Positions 1 through 19,688 of a stretch of DNA of 64,000 nt are shown here, piece by piece. The stretch spans positions 7,218,564-7,282,563 of the forward strand of contig CM119270.1 in the NCBI GenBank assembly GCA_051294375.1, written 5' to 3'. Each line of letters starts with the position of its first letter. Position 1 is the first letter of the stretch. Under the pieces are notes generated by a model. That model did not search any database and was not told the DNA's origin. It saw only the letters and a program-made list of their open reading frames with translations. The translations under genes and the position numbers were made by a program. Source of the stretch: Paraspadella gotoi (lineage: Eukaryota > Animalia > Chaetognatha).

Positions 1-292
1 GCATTTGTTTCTATGCAGAGAAAAACCCGCAACATGAGGTTTTAAAAATTTTTTCTTTTTATCCGAAGGCCCGTTATAAATTGCACTTCGGGAAAGAGAA
101 ACCCTTTTTGAATCTTAAAGAGGTGACGACGGTCAAAAAACAAAAAAATATTACAAAACAAAGGACAACGCATGGAGAACAAAACAAAAGAACAAAGGAT
201 GGAAGAAGACGTCGGCCGAAAAAGTTGTAGTAAAAACCCCGTAGTAAAAGCCTGACGTCGTAAACTGGAAGGAGAGAGAGAGAGAGATGACG

Positions 293-329
<37 letters not shown>

Positions 330-657
330 AAATTTAATCCTTATGAGAATTTCCAGCTCAAGAAAATGCTTAAGAAATCAATAAAAACAGTAATACTACG
401 TAATAACTGAGAAAAACTAAGAGAAGCCTAAAAACTCTATAACTTTTAATTAATAGTATAGCATCATTAATCCCTTTGTTGTTCCTTTTCTCTCCCTCTC
501 TCTTTTTCTCTCTCCCTTCTTTTTCGTTCGGGAGAGAAGGAAAAAACGGAAAGAAAAAAGCTTGGCGCTTCTCTTTGGTGGTTGAACAACGCAATTTGTC
601 TGCCACTAATGGCTTAGTTATATAGCATCATCGCCTTAAAACGACAGCAGAATTCGT

Positions 658-737
<80 letters not shown>

Positions 738-1544
738 ACTTTCTAATCCGCCAAATAGAAAAAACACGAAAGACGATAACTAAATGGAAACGATGACGAT
801 AACAACCGCTGACAAGTTTCATATGTCACTATAGCATTAATTGGACATTAAAATATAAGGAAGATTTAAAACAAAAACAACCAACAAACAAAGAAAATCT
901 CCAATCTCAAGCAAATAAATATCGATGAACTTTAAGATGATGACTTAAATGTTCTTAAAAAGCCGATGAATATAATAACTTACAACGACAAACGACAATA
1001 GACGGCGACGACGGCGACGACGACGACGACGGACGCACGACGACTTCTCCCTTCCTCCCTTTGCTTTGGGTGGGATGCCACTTCCTTTTGGCATTTTTTT
1101 CTAGAATAAACGGTTTAAGAGGAAAGGAATTTTCTCTCTCCTCTCTCCTCTCCTCTCTCTCTCTCTCTCTCTCTCATCTCTCCCTCTCTCTGAAAAAAGA
1201 GGTAATGGTTAAAATATTCATGACGGCGAAAGAGGAAACAGTGCCTTCGTGGCTTCTATCGCCCACGATGAACTCTTTCCTCCGTTACTATCTCTCTCTT
1301 CACCAACCTTACTCTCGACCTTACCCTTTTAAAAAACTACAACTGCTCTTAGGTTAAACAGTCAACTCACCCCCGGCCTCCGCCGACGCCGCCTTTTTCC
1401 GTCCCTTTTTTCCCGCCAAAATTCAATCCCGCGAGTCTTATTTGAATTTTTACATTTTTTACTTAACACTTGAAAAAAAAGGCACCTTGTTTTATTTATT
1501 CCCTTTTCCCGTGACTCAATTTGAACCAAAATACTTTTTTACAA

Positions 1545-1725
1545 ATCCCTTAAGCCCTTATCTTCAACTCTGCCTTAGACTCTACCCTAATAGAAAAAAC
1601 CTTAATTCCCTAATTCTTAATCCTAATCGATAAAGACTATCCCTTAATCCTAAAGCTAATCCTAAAGGCTTAGTCCCTAACCAATTAACCTAAATCTAAT
1701 CCTTTAACCCCTCAACCCCAAAACT
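1545..1725. repeat. Degenerate (CCCTAA/CCTAAT)-like tandem tract
   Basis: Repeated ccctaa/cctaat/taacc units. Highly degenerate, with no perfect run. Confidence 0.4.
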
Positions 1726-2434
1726 AAATTTTATATAAAAAAACACTTTATTCTATTTTTTAACTCAAATGTGGCGTTGTTGGAAAATAAGCCCCAGAAA
1801 TTATACCACATTCGCACTCCAAAAATCCCCAGCTTAAAAGACGTCTCGTGGAGAAAAAAAAATTTCTAGTCATGGGAAGTACTTGCATAAGCGCGGAGGT
1901 AAGGACGCGGCGAGAGAATGCATGGGCATAATGGTAAGGGGTGAGTTGGAGAGCAAGGGTTGGGGCTGATTGGGGCCCAAAATATGCGCTAAGTTTGACG
2001 CGAATTGAGCCAAGGGTGAAAAGTTGTTATTGCGTCAGTTTTAAAGTGGCGTAATAAGTTAAGCAAGTCATGATGATTTTTCAAGACTTTAGTCGCGTCT
2101 CTTCGAGAAATAACGCGGGATTGAGACGAAAGGACCGTGGCGTCACCGCGGCGGGCCGAAAAGCTTTCTCTTTGTCCCAAAGGACAAAGCGAGATTGCGT
2201 TTATCTACATTAAAGCCTTTCCCTTTTTTTTGGTTTGTTTGGTTTGTTTGTTTGGACAATACCAACCCCGTAAATTTTCTCGTTTGTTTTCTTTTATTAT
2301 TTCGTTCCTAGTCATTTTTCGAGACAAAAATAAAGTGACAAATGATATTTACATTTTTCGCTTGCTTGCTTGCTTGCTTGTTTTTTCTCATTCTTTTCTT
2401 TCTGTCTTCCACTGATTCTCCAGTTGATTCGTTT

Positions 2435-2700
2435 TATTAACTTTCTTTCTTTTTCTTCTCTTTTCGCTTTAGAGTCGCCCTTTTAACTCTCTTCTTTTTC
2501 TTCTCTTTTCGCTTTCAAGTCCGCCCTTTAACTTTCTTTCTCTCTTTTTCTTCTCTTTCGCTTCCAAGTCGCCCTTTTAAATTTTCTTCTTCTTTTTTCT
2601 CTTTTCGATTTTCAAATCGACCCTTCTTTTAACTTTTCTTTCTTTTCTTTTTCTTTCTTCTTTTCGAATTTCAAAAATCGCCATTTTTAACCTTTCTTTC
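2435..2700. repeat. Pyrimidine-rich minisatellite, ~45-bp unit, ~5-6 copies
   Basis: Recurring ttttaactttct...ttttcgct(t)tcaagtcgccc units. Confidence 0.7.
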
Positions 2701-5700
2701 TTTCTTTTTCTTTTTTTCCCTTTCTCCCTTTTCTTTTTTTCGCAAAGCGCGAGCGGACAAAGAATTTATCGCAAACTCGTTTTTTTATTTCGTTGGACTG
2801 AATTATGCTCTGACGTTTGGACGTCGTGGCTTCGTTTGTCTTCGTTCCTCGGAATCGTCGAGGTTTTTGTCTTCCATCATCGTCATCATCTTTGTTCATT
2901 GGCCACCTAATGCGATGGAGACGAGATCATAGTCTTATTAGTCCTTCGTTCGTCGTCGTCTATTCTGATTCAAATAGTCGTCATTGTCGTCGTCAATCCA
3001 GCGTCTTTTATTGACGTTATTTGCAATCGTCCGACGTCCCTGTCTTTGTTATTTTCTCCCGTCTTCTTTAATCATGTTATTAGTTGTTTTTTTATGACTC
3101 TAAATAGGTAAAAATTTTAAAAATGTTTTTCGATCTTTTTCGTCGTCATCGTCGTCGTCGTCCTATGGTCGTTCGTTTTATTTAAGTTATTACCGCAATC
3201 AAACATCTGTTTAGCGGTATAAACAACAACAACAATCAATCTTTACAACTCGTAGCACCAAACAACCACTTAACCGTTTTAGTGGTCAGTTTAAACCTAC
3301 CTTAATCTCGTTTTAAACCCGTTATTCATATTTTCTCTATTGTTATGCTTATGTCATAAGCATTTAAGTTATGACCATTGTAACCTTTTTACGTTTTGTT
3401 TTTATGTTTCCTTTATTTGTTGTAGATCTTCGATCATAATATATTACCTTTCACGCATTAACAACTCTCTATAATTTTTTACAAAATCTTCATCAAGTAA
3501 AGTCACAACCACCACTGTTTATTAAACTTTGAGACATCGGACAGTGTTTCTGCTCTCCAACTGTTTGACCATTCGTCAATTATGGCCCTTGGAATTCGTC
3601 GTCTCGTCGTTCATTCGTGGTCGTCGCTTGTTGTTGTTGTTGTTGTTTTCCTCGTCTCTTTGTCGTCGTTCGTTGTCGTTTTTGTACCTGAAGGTTGGAA
3701 ACGCAGCGTCGCACAGACGAAGCGAACGAAATGCGAATGGAGAATTCATTCTCTTATGTTCGCTTTGACAATAAAACTGAGAGAATTTGTGATGAAGAAA
3801 GACCAAACAGAGAGAAGATAGGGAAAAGGACAGGAAAGGAAAGAAATATAAAGGAAAGAGAGGAAAGATAAAGGAAAGAGAAAAGATAAGAAAGAAGAAG
3901 GAAAGAAAGAAAAAGAAAGAAAGGAAAGAACAAAGAAAGGAAAGAAAGAAAGAAGGAAAAAAAGAAAGAAAAAACTAAAGAAAGAAAAAAGAGAGGATTG
4001 AAGCCAAAACCAAAGCATAGCAAGGGGAAGAAAGAAAGAAAGAAACCAGAAAATAAATTGAGGAATGTCGGAAAAGACTTTCCCTACTATAGATTTCAGT
4101 AACATCTCTCCAACCCGCAGGGGAACAAAAGAATAAAAAAAGAAAACAAAAACAAAAAAAAAAGAGAAAAGAGGCAAACGCCACTTCATCGATCAGGGCA
4201 CGAAACCAAGAGACATCAAGGATCTCGACGGAAGATGGAAAAGAAATAAACAAGAAGCCCAAAACAAAGTAGGAACCCACATCAAAGACACAGATAAAAA
4301 GAAAAGGAGGAATACCGAAAAAATCTGAGAGGAATCGTTATTCCAAGTCGGGTTAAAAAATTTGTAGCCCGAGTAGGGTTTTAATGGCCATCAATAGTGG
4401 GGTTAACGAATAAATCAAGATTTAAACTCTCCATACGCCGTTTAAATGGGATTTAGCATTTTCATTAAGATTTTTCATGTAAGGTTGTTGTGGATAGATA
4501 CCTATACCATATTTGTTATCAAAATATCACCCAGAATACTAGGGTGTGCTTGAATTCTTAATCCGGAAATGAAGAGTGTGGAAGTGAGTAAGATCCTTTT
4601 GTGGCGGAGGATTCCTATTGCCCGGTAATAATGGCGACGGGGAGAATAATGAATATGAGCAACTCATCAGTGTCCCTCCTTGTGACCTGTGGCAGCACCG
4701 ACCGTGCTGCAACAATCCCAAGGAAGTTGTCGCTCGACGTCACCACAGACATTTGCAGAAACAATAATGTCTCCGTAGGAAGCAGACCCGTCCTTCCGTT
4801 CTCGTCCCGTCTCGTCCCTTTCGTTTGTCCGTCCATTCGTCCGATCATCAAATTCAGAACCACACACCACTGCATTCTCTGGTTGTCGTGAAAGCCATCA
4901 TGTTTTAATAGAAGAGTAGTCCGATCTGTAAAACAAGAATGAGTAATAAAAGAAATGAGGTGTATACTTGGAGGAAGGAGGAGGAGTTTCTTGAAGAGAG
5001 AAGATGATACAGTCCTACGATACGGGAGGGTCGATCCTAGGAAAGAGAGGACCAAGAGGAGAAGATGATGACGACTCTGACGAGATCGATAGGGAGACAA
5101 GTGAGGCAAAAAGGAGATGAGAGAGATGAGAGTGAAAACCAGGGGAAAAGGAAGACGGAGTTAGCACGCGAGACACTGTGAGATATTCACCAGAGTAAGC
5201 GGGAGATAATTAGAATAAACCCTGGGGTGAAAATAGAGCGCATGCACGCCCAAGAAATGTCGCGGCATAAAGGAAGCAGAAACATTTGAAAAAAGAGTAT
5301 AAAAGAACACAATGATTTAAAAATCCATCATAGGCTACAAGCACCTAAGTGGTAAGCCTGGAGAGTTTCTCTCATACCAATTGTGTACGAGAGGGAGACA
5401 TAAAGAGGGCCTTAGACGGAATGGCTTTTTTAGGAAAAAAGAAATGAAACATAACCTAAGATAAGAACAAAAACGGGTGTGTAAAGTAGTGAAAGGAAAA
5501 GTCCTAGTGGTTTCCGAAACACCCTTTGACGAATGGGAGAGCCGGGAAAGTGGTTGATAAGTAAGTCGCAAAACAGCCGCCTGAAAAAAACGGGAAAATA
5601 GTAAGCAACAAAAACAAGAAGATGGAATTTAAATGTGAAAAGACTCGCATCCAAAGAAGTTCCCATGAAAGAAAGAAAGAAAGGGTGAGCAGAAAGGAGA

Positions 5701-6494
5701 AGTGAAGGTAAAAGAAAAGAACGAGGAAACGAAAACCTGCGAAGAAAGTCCAAGCTCACCGTCAAACATAGAAAACGCAAAGACAAAGTTAAGAAAAAAA
5801 AAATTCAGAAACCCATAAGAAAGTTTTAGGGGAAATAAAAACCCCAACTGAAAACGAGATGATAAGCATTCCCTCTTCAAAAATAAAAAAACTTTCCCAT
5901 AAAAATTAACCTAAAAACTTGTATTTTAAATTAAACCCCATTTTTTTGAAATCCAAAAATTCGAGGATATTAATACCTGAAATACATTCCATAGAAAAAA
6001 TAAAAAAGTTATTTACTTGGATGACTTCAGCGTAACTGGTGCAGAAAAAGAAAAAAATTGAACACAGAGAAAACTTAGGCTAAGAAGAAGAAAAGCAGGC
6101 AAGATAAGAAAAAGAAAGAAAGAAAGAAAGATAAGGAAATGGGAAAAGGGATGAAGGGGAAAAAGAATAAGATAAAGAAAGAAAAGGAAAGAAGAAAGAA
6201 TAGTAATGAAAAAAGTTAAAATCCAGAAATGGAATTTGGACTGGCGATGGAAAGTTTCAAACTGGGGCTGTCATCAAGTCGACTATCGAACAACAAATGA
6301 AAACAGGGAAAAAATAAATTAAATGTAAAGTTGTTTTTTTAAATGGAAATGATTTTACTTTCTAAATTCGACGCTTTTTCTGTGAAAGCTATCTTGCCTC
6401 GTTTCTCTCATTCCCAGTCAATTTTCGACCGGTCCATCCATTTTTTGGCCGTTATTTTAACTTTTAACCTTAACAAAGTTTGATTTTATTTTTG

Positions 6495-6534
6495 CAACGA
6501 ATTGTATTTTACAAGAGCAGACATGTTTCGGCTC
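6495..6534 (-). repeat. Truncated Penelope-type hammerhead remnant (3' half and tail only)
   Basis: Minus strand reads gagccGAAAcatgtc...aatacaattcgttg, the same tail as the 54955 copy. The CUGANGA core is absent. Confidence 0.5.
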
Positions 6535-6805
6535 ACAATAAAAAACTTTTAACCTCGATATCCGAGTGAGGTTAACGAGAGAAATGAATTTAAAATTGTA
6601 AAGTCACAAATGTGTTTCACCCGGAAAAACCTCGTTTTTACGAGTTTCCGAGGGATATTCAACTAATAAATACTATACATTCTACAAATAAGGTTTTTCT
6701 TGGCGACTCATGTTAGACAGTTCGATACGGGTGAAATGCAAGACGTTCATCCGCCCTAGCGTGAGAGAAAGTCCTCAAATCTCACACCCTCTCTCCCTCA
6801 TTCAG

Positions 6806-8405
6806 GCCATGGGGATGTTCGTCCCCAAAAAGAAGAAGACGACACGCCCACCTAAGAAGCCTCCCCTCGTCTCCACGCGCCTCTTCAACCCTCTCCTCGC
6901 CTCCGCGGTCATCGCCGCTCAGACGGCGCCGCTTCTCGGCGTTCATCCGACGCCGGCACCGAAACTCTTGCCTCCCGGCGTAGCCAAACCGGCGCTGCCA
7001 TTTCCCAACGCCTTCATGGCGTCGCCGATGGTTCCGCAGCTGTCGCAGTTGCAGCAACTGCAGCAATTGCAGCAGCTGACTCCCGTACATTCGGCGGCCG
7101 CGGCGGTGACGCCCGCTACTTCGCCCCCGACTCTTCCGACGGCACCGACGACGGCGTTTGCCGTGGCGCCCTCGTCGGCGTCGCCCGGCGCGTTTGCGGC
7201 GCCGCTCAATCTCGTCTTCGGCGGCGTCGGCACCGCGGCGCCGTCCGCCATCGGTCTTGCCAGTTCCAACGCGGGTGAGGAAGGAAAGGTAGTGGGTACT
7301 GGGTGGGGTGGAAAAAAAGTAGGAGGTAAGTTAAGGAAGAAAAAGATATGGTGAGAGAGAGAGAGAGAAAGAGGAATCCAGAGAAAGGAAAAGAAAAGAA
7401 GAAAGAAAAGAAAAGAAAAGAAAACCAGCTGCAGGTTTGAACTTTGAAAGGAAAGTCAAAAACGGCTCCTCAAGTTTAAACCTGAAAATAGTACAATAAT
7501 TTCAAAAATGGTTTCATTTGTCAACCCCCCCTCATCTTCGACTAGGAAAACTCGGCGTGGGCGGTTCCTGCCTCGTCCCCACCGCCCTGCCTCACCTCGC
7601 CGCCGCCGCCGCCCCGCCGGCGCTGCCTTCGACTCACTTCCTTCTTCCTAATCACCTTTCGCCTTTCGTCCTCCACGGCGCGGCGGCGGCGGCAGCGTCG
7701 GCGCGCTTTCCCGGCGTCCTCCCACCGGTGTCGCTGCTTCCGACGGCGCCGGCATTTTCCTCTCTGACGCCGGGAGCGCCGACTCTCGGCCTTCATCAGC
7801 TTCATCAGACGGCGTCGTCCCAGGGTTTGACCGGCGTCGCGGCAAACGTCCTCACCGCCCCCACGTCGGCGTCTTCGTCGTCGTCTCCGTCGGCGTCGTC
7901 AGCGCCGCTACATCAGATCGGCGCCACCAACGCCTCTACGTCCAATACTCAGCTACAGCAATGCAGCATCAACTACATACAGCAATGCTCCATCAATTAC
8001 CTGGCCCCGAACTCTCAACAGCCGCAGCACGGGACGCAGCATCCGCAGCAGCAGCCGCATCCTCATTATACGCCTAATCAAGCGGTGCAGCCGCAGCAGC
8101 TGCCACGGACGCAGCTAGAACCGCAGCTGCCGCAGACGCAGCTCGAACAGCAGCGACCCACCGACGCCAGACGATCGTTCGAGTGGCGAGCGCGGCTCGA
8201 AGTCGACACGAAGAGACTTCATAGAGACGTCGTCTTGAGGTCGGAACCGTCCGTCGTGGGGGCGTCGTCTTCATCTTCGTCTTCGTCGTCGTCGTCGTCA
8301 TCGTCAGCAAGCGGCCTGCTTCCGCTCGACGCTGTCCTGGAGAAATCCTCTCTATTCGCCGGCGGACCTAATCAGGCTCTGGCGGCGCAGATGGGGCTCA
8401 CTTGA
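6806..8405 (+). CDS. Last two coding exons of an unidentified Ala/Pro/Gln/Ser-rich low-complexity protein; 5' exons not found
   Basis: Exon 6806-7274 (ttcag|GCCATG...GCGG|gtgagg) and exon 7546-8405 (actag|GAAAA...TGA). The phase-1 junction joins the two ORF-track frames. Codons are GC-rich. A basic PKKKK stretch could be an NLS. No domain recognised. Confidence 0.75.
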
Positions 8406-9470
8406 CGAAGCGTTCCACGGTCGGGCATTAGCGGGGAAGGCGCTTGAATAGGGTATTTCGTGACGACCCTGAAAAAGCCACTGTAGCCATGGTAGCGAGA
8501 GAGTTATCGCTTCGAGGTATTTTAAGCAGTAGTATCGATGAAATTATTATTAATTAATTAATAATTAATTAATTATCATTATTAACTTAACAGTTAAGGG
8601 AAAAACTATACGGAACTTACGGTAATAGTCCATCTTAATTACAGTCCGTAATGCAAAGGATAAAAACAAATTTAAAAAAAAGTTTCTTTTGTTCATCTTT
8701 CAGGTCAGGATGTTCACCCTGTATCGTTACTCAAATGTGCATCGTTACTCAGATCGTTACTTAATTTATTTAGTAACTCGAAAAAGCTCGAAAATTCCCG
8801 TCACCGACGGAAACGTAGATTAAAATTAGTGGTCACAGCAACCAGTATCGATATTGTTTTATTTTATTTTATTTTTTTTGTAACTCGTTTTTACTCACCC
8901 CGTATATCATTTACTCTTGTACGATTACAAATTGAAATAAGAACAAATTAAACTATTGTGTTTTTTTTTTTTGCCTTCCCCTCCTCTTCTTCCCTCTTCT
9001 CCCTTCCTTCAAAACCGACTGAAATGAAAATGTTATTTTAATATTTAACGAACGATATTTTGTCGAATTGTATTTTATTGTCCATGCGCGTCTTTATAAA
9101 AAAAAAAAAATACAGTGGATCACGGATTTGTCGAGAATGATTCGATTATCTAGATAACGACTCTCTCCACATTCACTCTACATAACCGTTATGTACTGTA
9201 AGTTTCATCGAAATGAAAATATAAATTGAGTATGTATAACCGATGTGTCGCGATAATAGATTCAATACGCGAAATTAGAAAAGATATCAGTGAAGTTTAA
9301 GTTTTTTTCTTTTTAGTGCTCAGGAGTCAAGTTAGTTGAAGAAATTAATCTTTAAAAGCTATTGTGGAGCTATTAAGACTTTAAAAACTTTGCTTTGTAG
9401 GCTTTTTATTATTTCATTAGTGACAAAATAAGATTTTTAATGGCAACAACGATTGTTCATTTTTATTTAG

Positions 9471-9506
9471 GACATGTTTCGTCTTTTGATTGCGAGTCTT
9501 CTTCAG
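9471..9506 (-). ncRNA. Minimal hammerhead ribozyme motif, Penelope-like type, degenerate
   Basis: Minus strand reads CTGAAGA-agactcgcaatcaaaagac-GAAA-CATG-TC followed by an aataaaaa...aatcgttg tail. Stems I and II are partly broken. Confidence 0.55.
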
Positions 9507-10109
9507 CGCTTTATACAATTTTTAGAATACAAACTCCTTCTATCGTTTAGTTTATTATTTTTTTGTATAGATTTTTGGATTTGTTTTTTCGACCATGATT
9601 AACGATTACAATTATATATTCCAATGACAAATACAATTTTATAACAAAATAACGTCATTTGTTTTTATTTTTAGTTTTAAAATACGTTACCAGAGACCGC
9701 ATGGTAACAGACAACTTGAATGATGAATGACGACTTTTGTTTTTTCAGGTTTGAACCTGTATTTTATCTTAATAATGTATTAATTTCTCAATATTTTCCA
9801 ATAGCTAAAGCAACACCAAAGGAGCCACGCTGGTTTAGGCCTAATATTTTTTCATAGTTCAAATGATACAAATTAATATAAATTAACATTAATAGACTTT
9901 TAAACTTATTTTTCATCCATTGAATGACACGGAGTCTGATCCACAGTTCAAAGCAGCTCAAGTTGAGTTATTATCTATTATAGACGAAACACTCGTAGAA
10001 AGGAAACCTTCTCATAGCTCATACAATAAAATTAATTTTGTTTTTCTCAAAATTAAAAGAAATATAAACACTTACAGCGACCAGATTAAAAAATAAAAAC
10101 AGAAAAAAA

Positions 10110-10638
10110 ATGAACAACGCCAACGGTCTCAACCAGATTCACAACGCCATCGTGGGCGAGGTCCTGATTCACATTCTCACCGTCATCAAGATCATCTTCG
10201 TCTTGAACGTCTTCTTCGTCGTCACCATCGTCGCACTCCTATCCTTCAATCTCTTTCACCTCAACTCCCTCTCGCGAGACGTTTCCGTCGACATACAAAA
10301 AAACTACGGAGACATCGACCAGAACTTTGGTCACATCGGGACCAATTACGGGAAAATCAGGGAGAACTTTGCGCGGATCGACGAGAATCGGGGTCAAGTG
10401 GGCCGTCACTTTGGGCCCGTGACGGAGGGCGTGGCCAGAGGGATCGAGGCGGCCGCCGATGAGGTCGTGAGGAAGATCGAAGGGGACGAAGATGAGAAGA
10501 AGATCGAAGGAGCGGACGAAGGAGTTGGGGAAGGAGTCGAGGCGGATCGCGTGACGGAGGAGGAGAGGGATTGCGGTTTATGGGGTGAGAGAGGAAAGAA
10601 GGAAAGGGAAGGAAGGAAAGAAAGGAAGAAAGGAAGAG

Positions 10639-10725
<87 letters not shown>

Positions 10726-10905
10726 ACGAAAGAAAGAAAGAAAGAAAAAAAGAAAGAAAGAAAGAAAGAAAGAAAAATAGAAAGATTTGACAGAAAATCC
10801 TGTGCAGGAAATATTTTCGGAATCTCTCCTCGCGGTGACCAAGAAGACAAGTTTCTCAGCGAAGGAGACGCAATCAAGACTCACAACGAGAAACTCGAAA
10901 TCTGA
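10110..10905 (+). CDS. Type II membrane protein with a heptad (I-x-x-N) coiled-coil stalk and acidic region; function unknown
   Basis: Exon 10110-10584 (TGGG|gtgaga) has an N-terminal hydrophobic segment. Probable exon 2 is 10781-10905 (aaatag|AA AGA TTT..., ERFDRKSCAGNIFG...KLEI*), supported by C/G-ending codon bias. The intron is almost pure (GAAA)n, and the acceptor choice is uncertain. Confidence 0.6.
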
Positions 10906-11542
10906 TTGGGTGAGACACGAAGAACCGAACCAATTGGTGGCCAAATGATGTGAGACCAACTTTTATGAGGAAACGCGGTTTAATTTTTCTGTCCTTTTGT
11001 CCTTCTGTCCTTCTGTCCTTTTGTTTTGATAGATTACGGACGCTAGTACGGGTCAAAGCAAAGACTAATTAAACGCAAAAAAACATTAACAATCGTGAAG
11101 ATGAGTTGCTTTTCCATTAGTTTATTAAGCGAGAAAAATTTCAAAAATTGAATTTAAGAATAAATATTTATTTTCTACTTTCGGTTGTTTTTATTCTGAA
11201 TTTCAACTTCACGATTATCAAGTTAAATATGTCGGTTTGTAAAGTTGATCACTTTTTTAACATAATTTAGGGAAACGAAGGACTTAACAAAAATTAACCA
11301 AAGCAATAATTATTAATTTTTAAAGAATGCGAATGAGTTACGTGATCCTGAATATCTTTTTGACCTTTCGCCTCATGATAGTAAGAGAGCTATGATCTTT
11401 GGGACCCTTAATTAGTTGACCTTGAAACTCAAATTTCAACTTTCGTTAATTTTTGGGTCATAGACTATTTGCATATTTTGTGTATGTCAAAAGTACATCG
11501 GTTCAAAAAATTTGAAAAATTTGAAAACAAGAACGGTTTTTC

Positions 11543-11801
11543 TTCCAATGTGTGGCGCCGCATGTATTTCCCTTTGATCACATGACATTACATGACATGA
11601 ATAAAACACTTTTTTAGCCCTTGTATTTCTGACATGCACTGCATCGAGTCTTCCTTGTAATTTTAGGATTTCCTAGAGGGAGGCGCTAGCAGTCCCTTGA
11701 GGTTTTTTAATGTTTTAACAAATGAGCAACCAACTATAGACAGACAGACCGAAAAGTGACTCAGAGAGTTGCTCCGCGAGTACTCGCAGCGCAACTAAAA
11801 A
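11543..11801. mobile_element. Helentron-associated (HINE/DINE-1-like) non-autonomous element end
   Basis: (GACA)n-gaccgaaaagtgac...gagttgc-hairpin-gcaactaaaaa terminus. Homologous to 28211-28558 in reverse and to the end at 59190-59273. Duplicated at ~15828-16081. Confidence 0.6.
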
Positions 11802-12442
11802 CTTTTTAAAAAAGAACTAAAATAGATTTTTGGTTTTCTTCGCGAGGTTGATTGTTTGGTCTATCTTTCTTCTAGATGGACTTTACTCTTATTTATAGTC
11901 AAAATGAAACGCTTGGCAAATGTGAAACGATATTCTATATTTAGTGTTAGTTGTAAATTAGTTACTTGTAATTTCTGTTAAACAAATTTTCTGGTACAGT
12001 TACATTCACACATTTTATATTTCAATGAGAAAGAAAGCCAATTTGAGAACTTTAGAAAAAACTAAATGTTTCTTTTTTTTTCTTCTTAGGGTCGATAACC
12101 ATTAATCTCCCAATTGGCAATTTTTTATTTTTATATTTTTTTCTCGTGATTCAATATCTTCGCTGAATTAGCGACACAATAAAATATCTTACGATAAAGC
12201 GAAGTAATGACACCCAAATATGAGCAGCGACTAAATTTAGTTTATCGATTTTTGATAGGTAAAAAAATATGTACCTTCAAAGATGCGTGATTCTGTTAAT
12301 GTCAGTGACTGTCACTTTTTGTGGTTACTGATATTGACATCCTGCTTATGTCACTGATAAACTCTGACTGTTACTGACAGAGTCAGAGAGAGAGAGAGAC
12401 AGAGAGAGAGAGAGGGTAGAAAGGGGGGGCGGGAGAGAGAAA

Positions 12443-12478
<36 letters not shown>

Positions 12479-13466
12479 TTGAGTATTTTTGGGCTTTAAG
12501 CGGACTAACCTGATATTTAAAACTTATCGATCGACTGACCGACCACAATTGTCTCCTATCAAGACGCTACGTCGCTTATCTTAAAGAAAGAAAAAAAGAA
12601 GAACCCACCCACATATTATTTCGTTCCGGCTTTTTATGACCACCTGATATCATCGATATTAAAAAAATATTGACTACCGGACACTTAACAAAAATATTTG
12701 CTGATGAATCGTTTCGTTCTTAAAATGACAAATTTAAAAAAAGGACCGATAAACTGGGATAGATTAAATTACAAAGACTGGCGCCGACGTCTCCAATGGG
12801 TTTGACTTTTTAAAAATTTAATTTTGGATGTTGCAACATTTCAATTTTGAAAATCAGCTGAGGTTTTGTAATTATTGTTTATTATTAGATAATTCAAAAC
12901 GCAATAATAAATTTTTTTACAGGCAAAAATAGTTAGTCCTAAGAATATTTGTTTGTCTTATACAACGTAGACAACATAAGCTGAATGGAACACATTGTGC
13001 TTCTAAAATGAACACACGTGCTTAGTACCACCGCAACCACAATCCTGCAACCACAATTGTCTTCCTCCCTCCGCCCCCCCCCCCGCTTTCTTTCCGCCCG
13101 AACAACTTTATACTTTTGACGAAAGGATCACTCCTGTCCACAATTGGACTTCGTCACTCTCAAAACAACATTTGCCTCGATCCTTCTCTCTCCTCCGTTC
13201 CCGAGAGAGAAGAAGACGTCGCCTTGATTTACTGATTTCTACCGTTCGGCTTCCCGCTCTCTCTTCCCAATTATTTCGTCATTTTTTTTTTTTTTTAATA
13301 TAATTTTTTTTTAAATTTGTAAAGTTATATATATTTCTCCGCTGGGATGATACGATTTTATTTACGTGTTCTTCGCTTCGAGATTAAATCGTAATCAAAA
13401 ATTTTCCTTATTTGGTGAAATTTCAGCATTTAACTAACTCATTGAACTCGCAAGTCACTAATCACA

Positions 13467-19255
<5,789 letters not shown>

Positions 19256-19688
19256 AGCCGGAAGCCGGGGTTGAACGACGCCGGAAACTGAACCGGCGTC
19301 GTTTAAAAAAGTTTTTCCTCTCGAAAAAGATCTTACCTTTGGTTAATTTCGAAACTGTTCCTCTGTTTGTTCGTTACATTGTTCCGTTGTTTGTTATTTC
19401 GATTGTAGATAACTGCGTTTGTTTGTTTGTCTATAAGTTTGCTTTGATGGTTATGTATGAATGTAGATAAATAAGTCGAAGATGGTTGTCGTCGTCTTTT
19501 ACTGTATATTTAATGATGAATTCGTCCTCATTTTGCTCTGAAATATGTATTATGGGCCACGATTCACAATGAAGTTAATGCAGGTATACCATACAATTAA
19601 ATTTTGAAATATTTAATAGACAATCATTTCATGCCATTTTCTGTTAATTCAATAACATCTGAAAACATATGTTCATTCTATACCATGT

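Noticed and set aside
1545-1725. True telomere or chromosome fusion site
   Set aside because: Too degenerate and short, in low-quality sequence. Such tracts are common inside invertebrate repeats.
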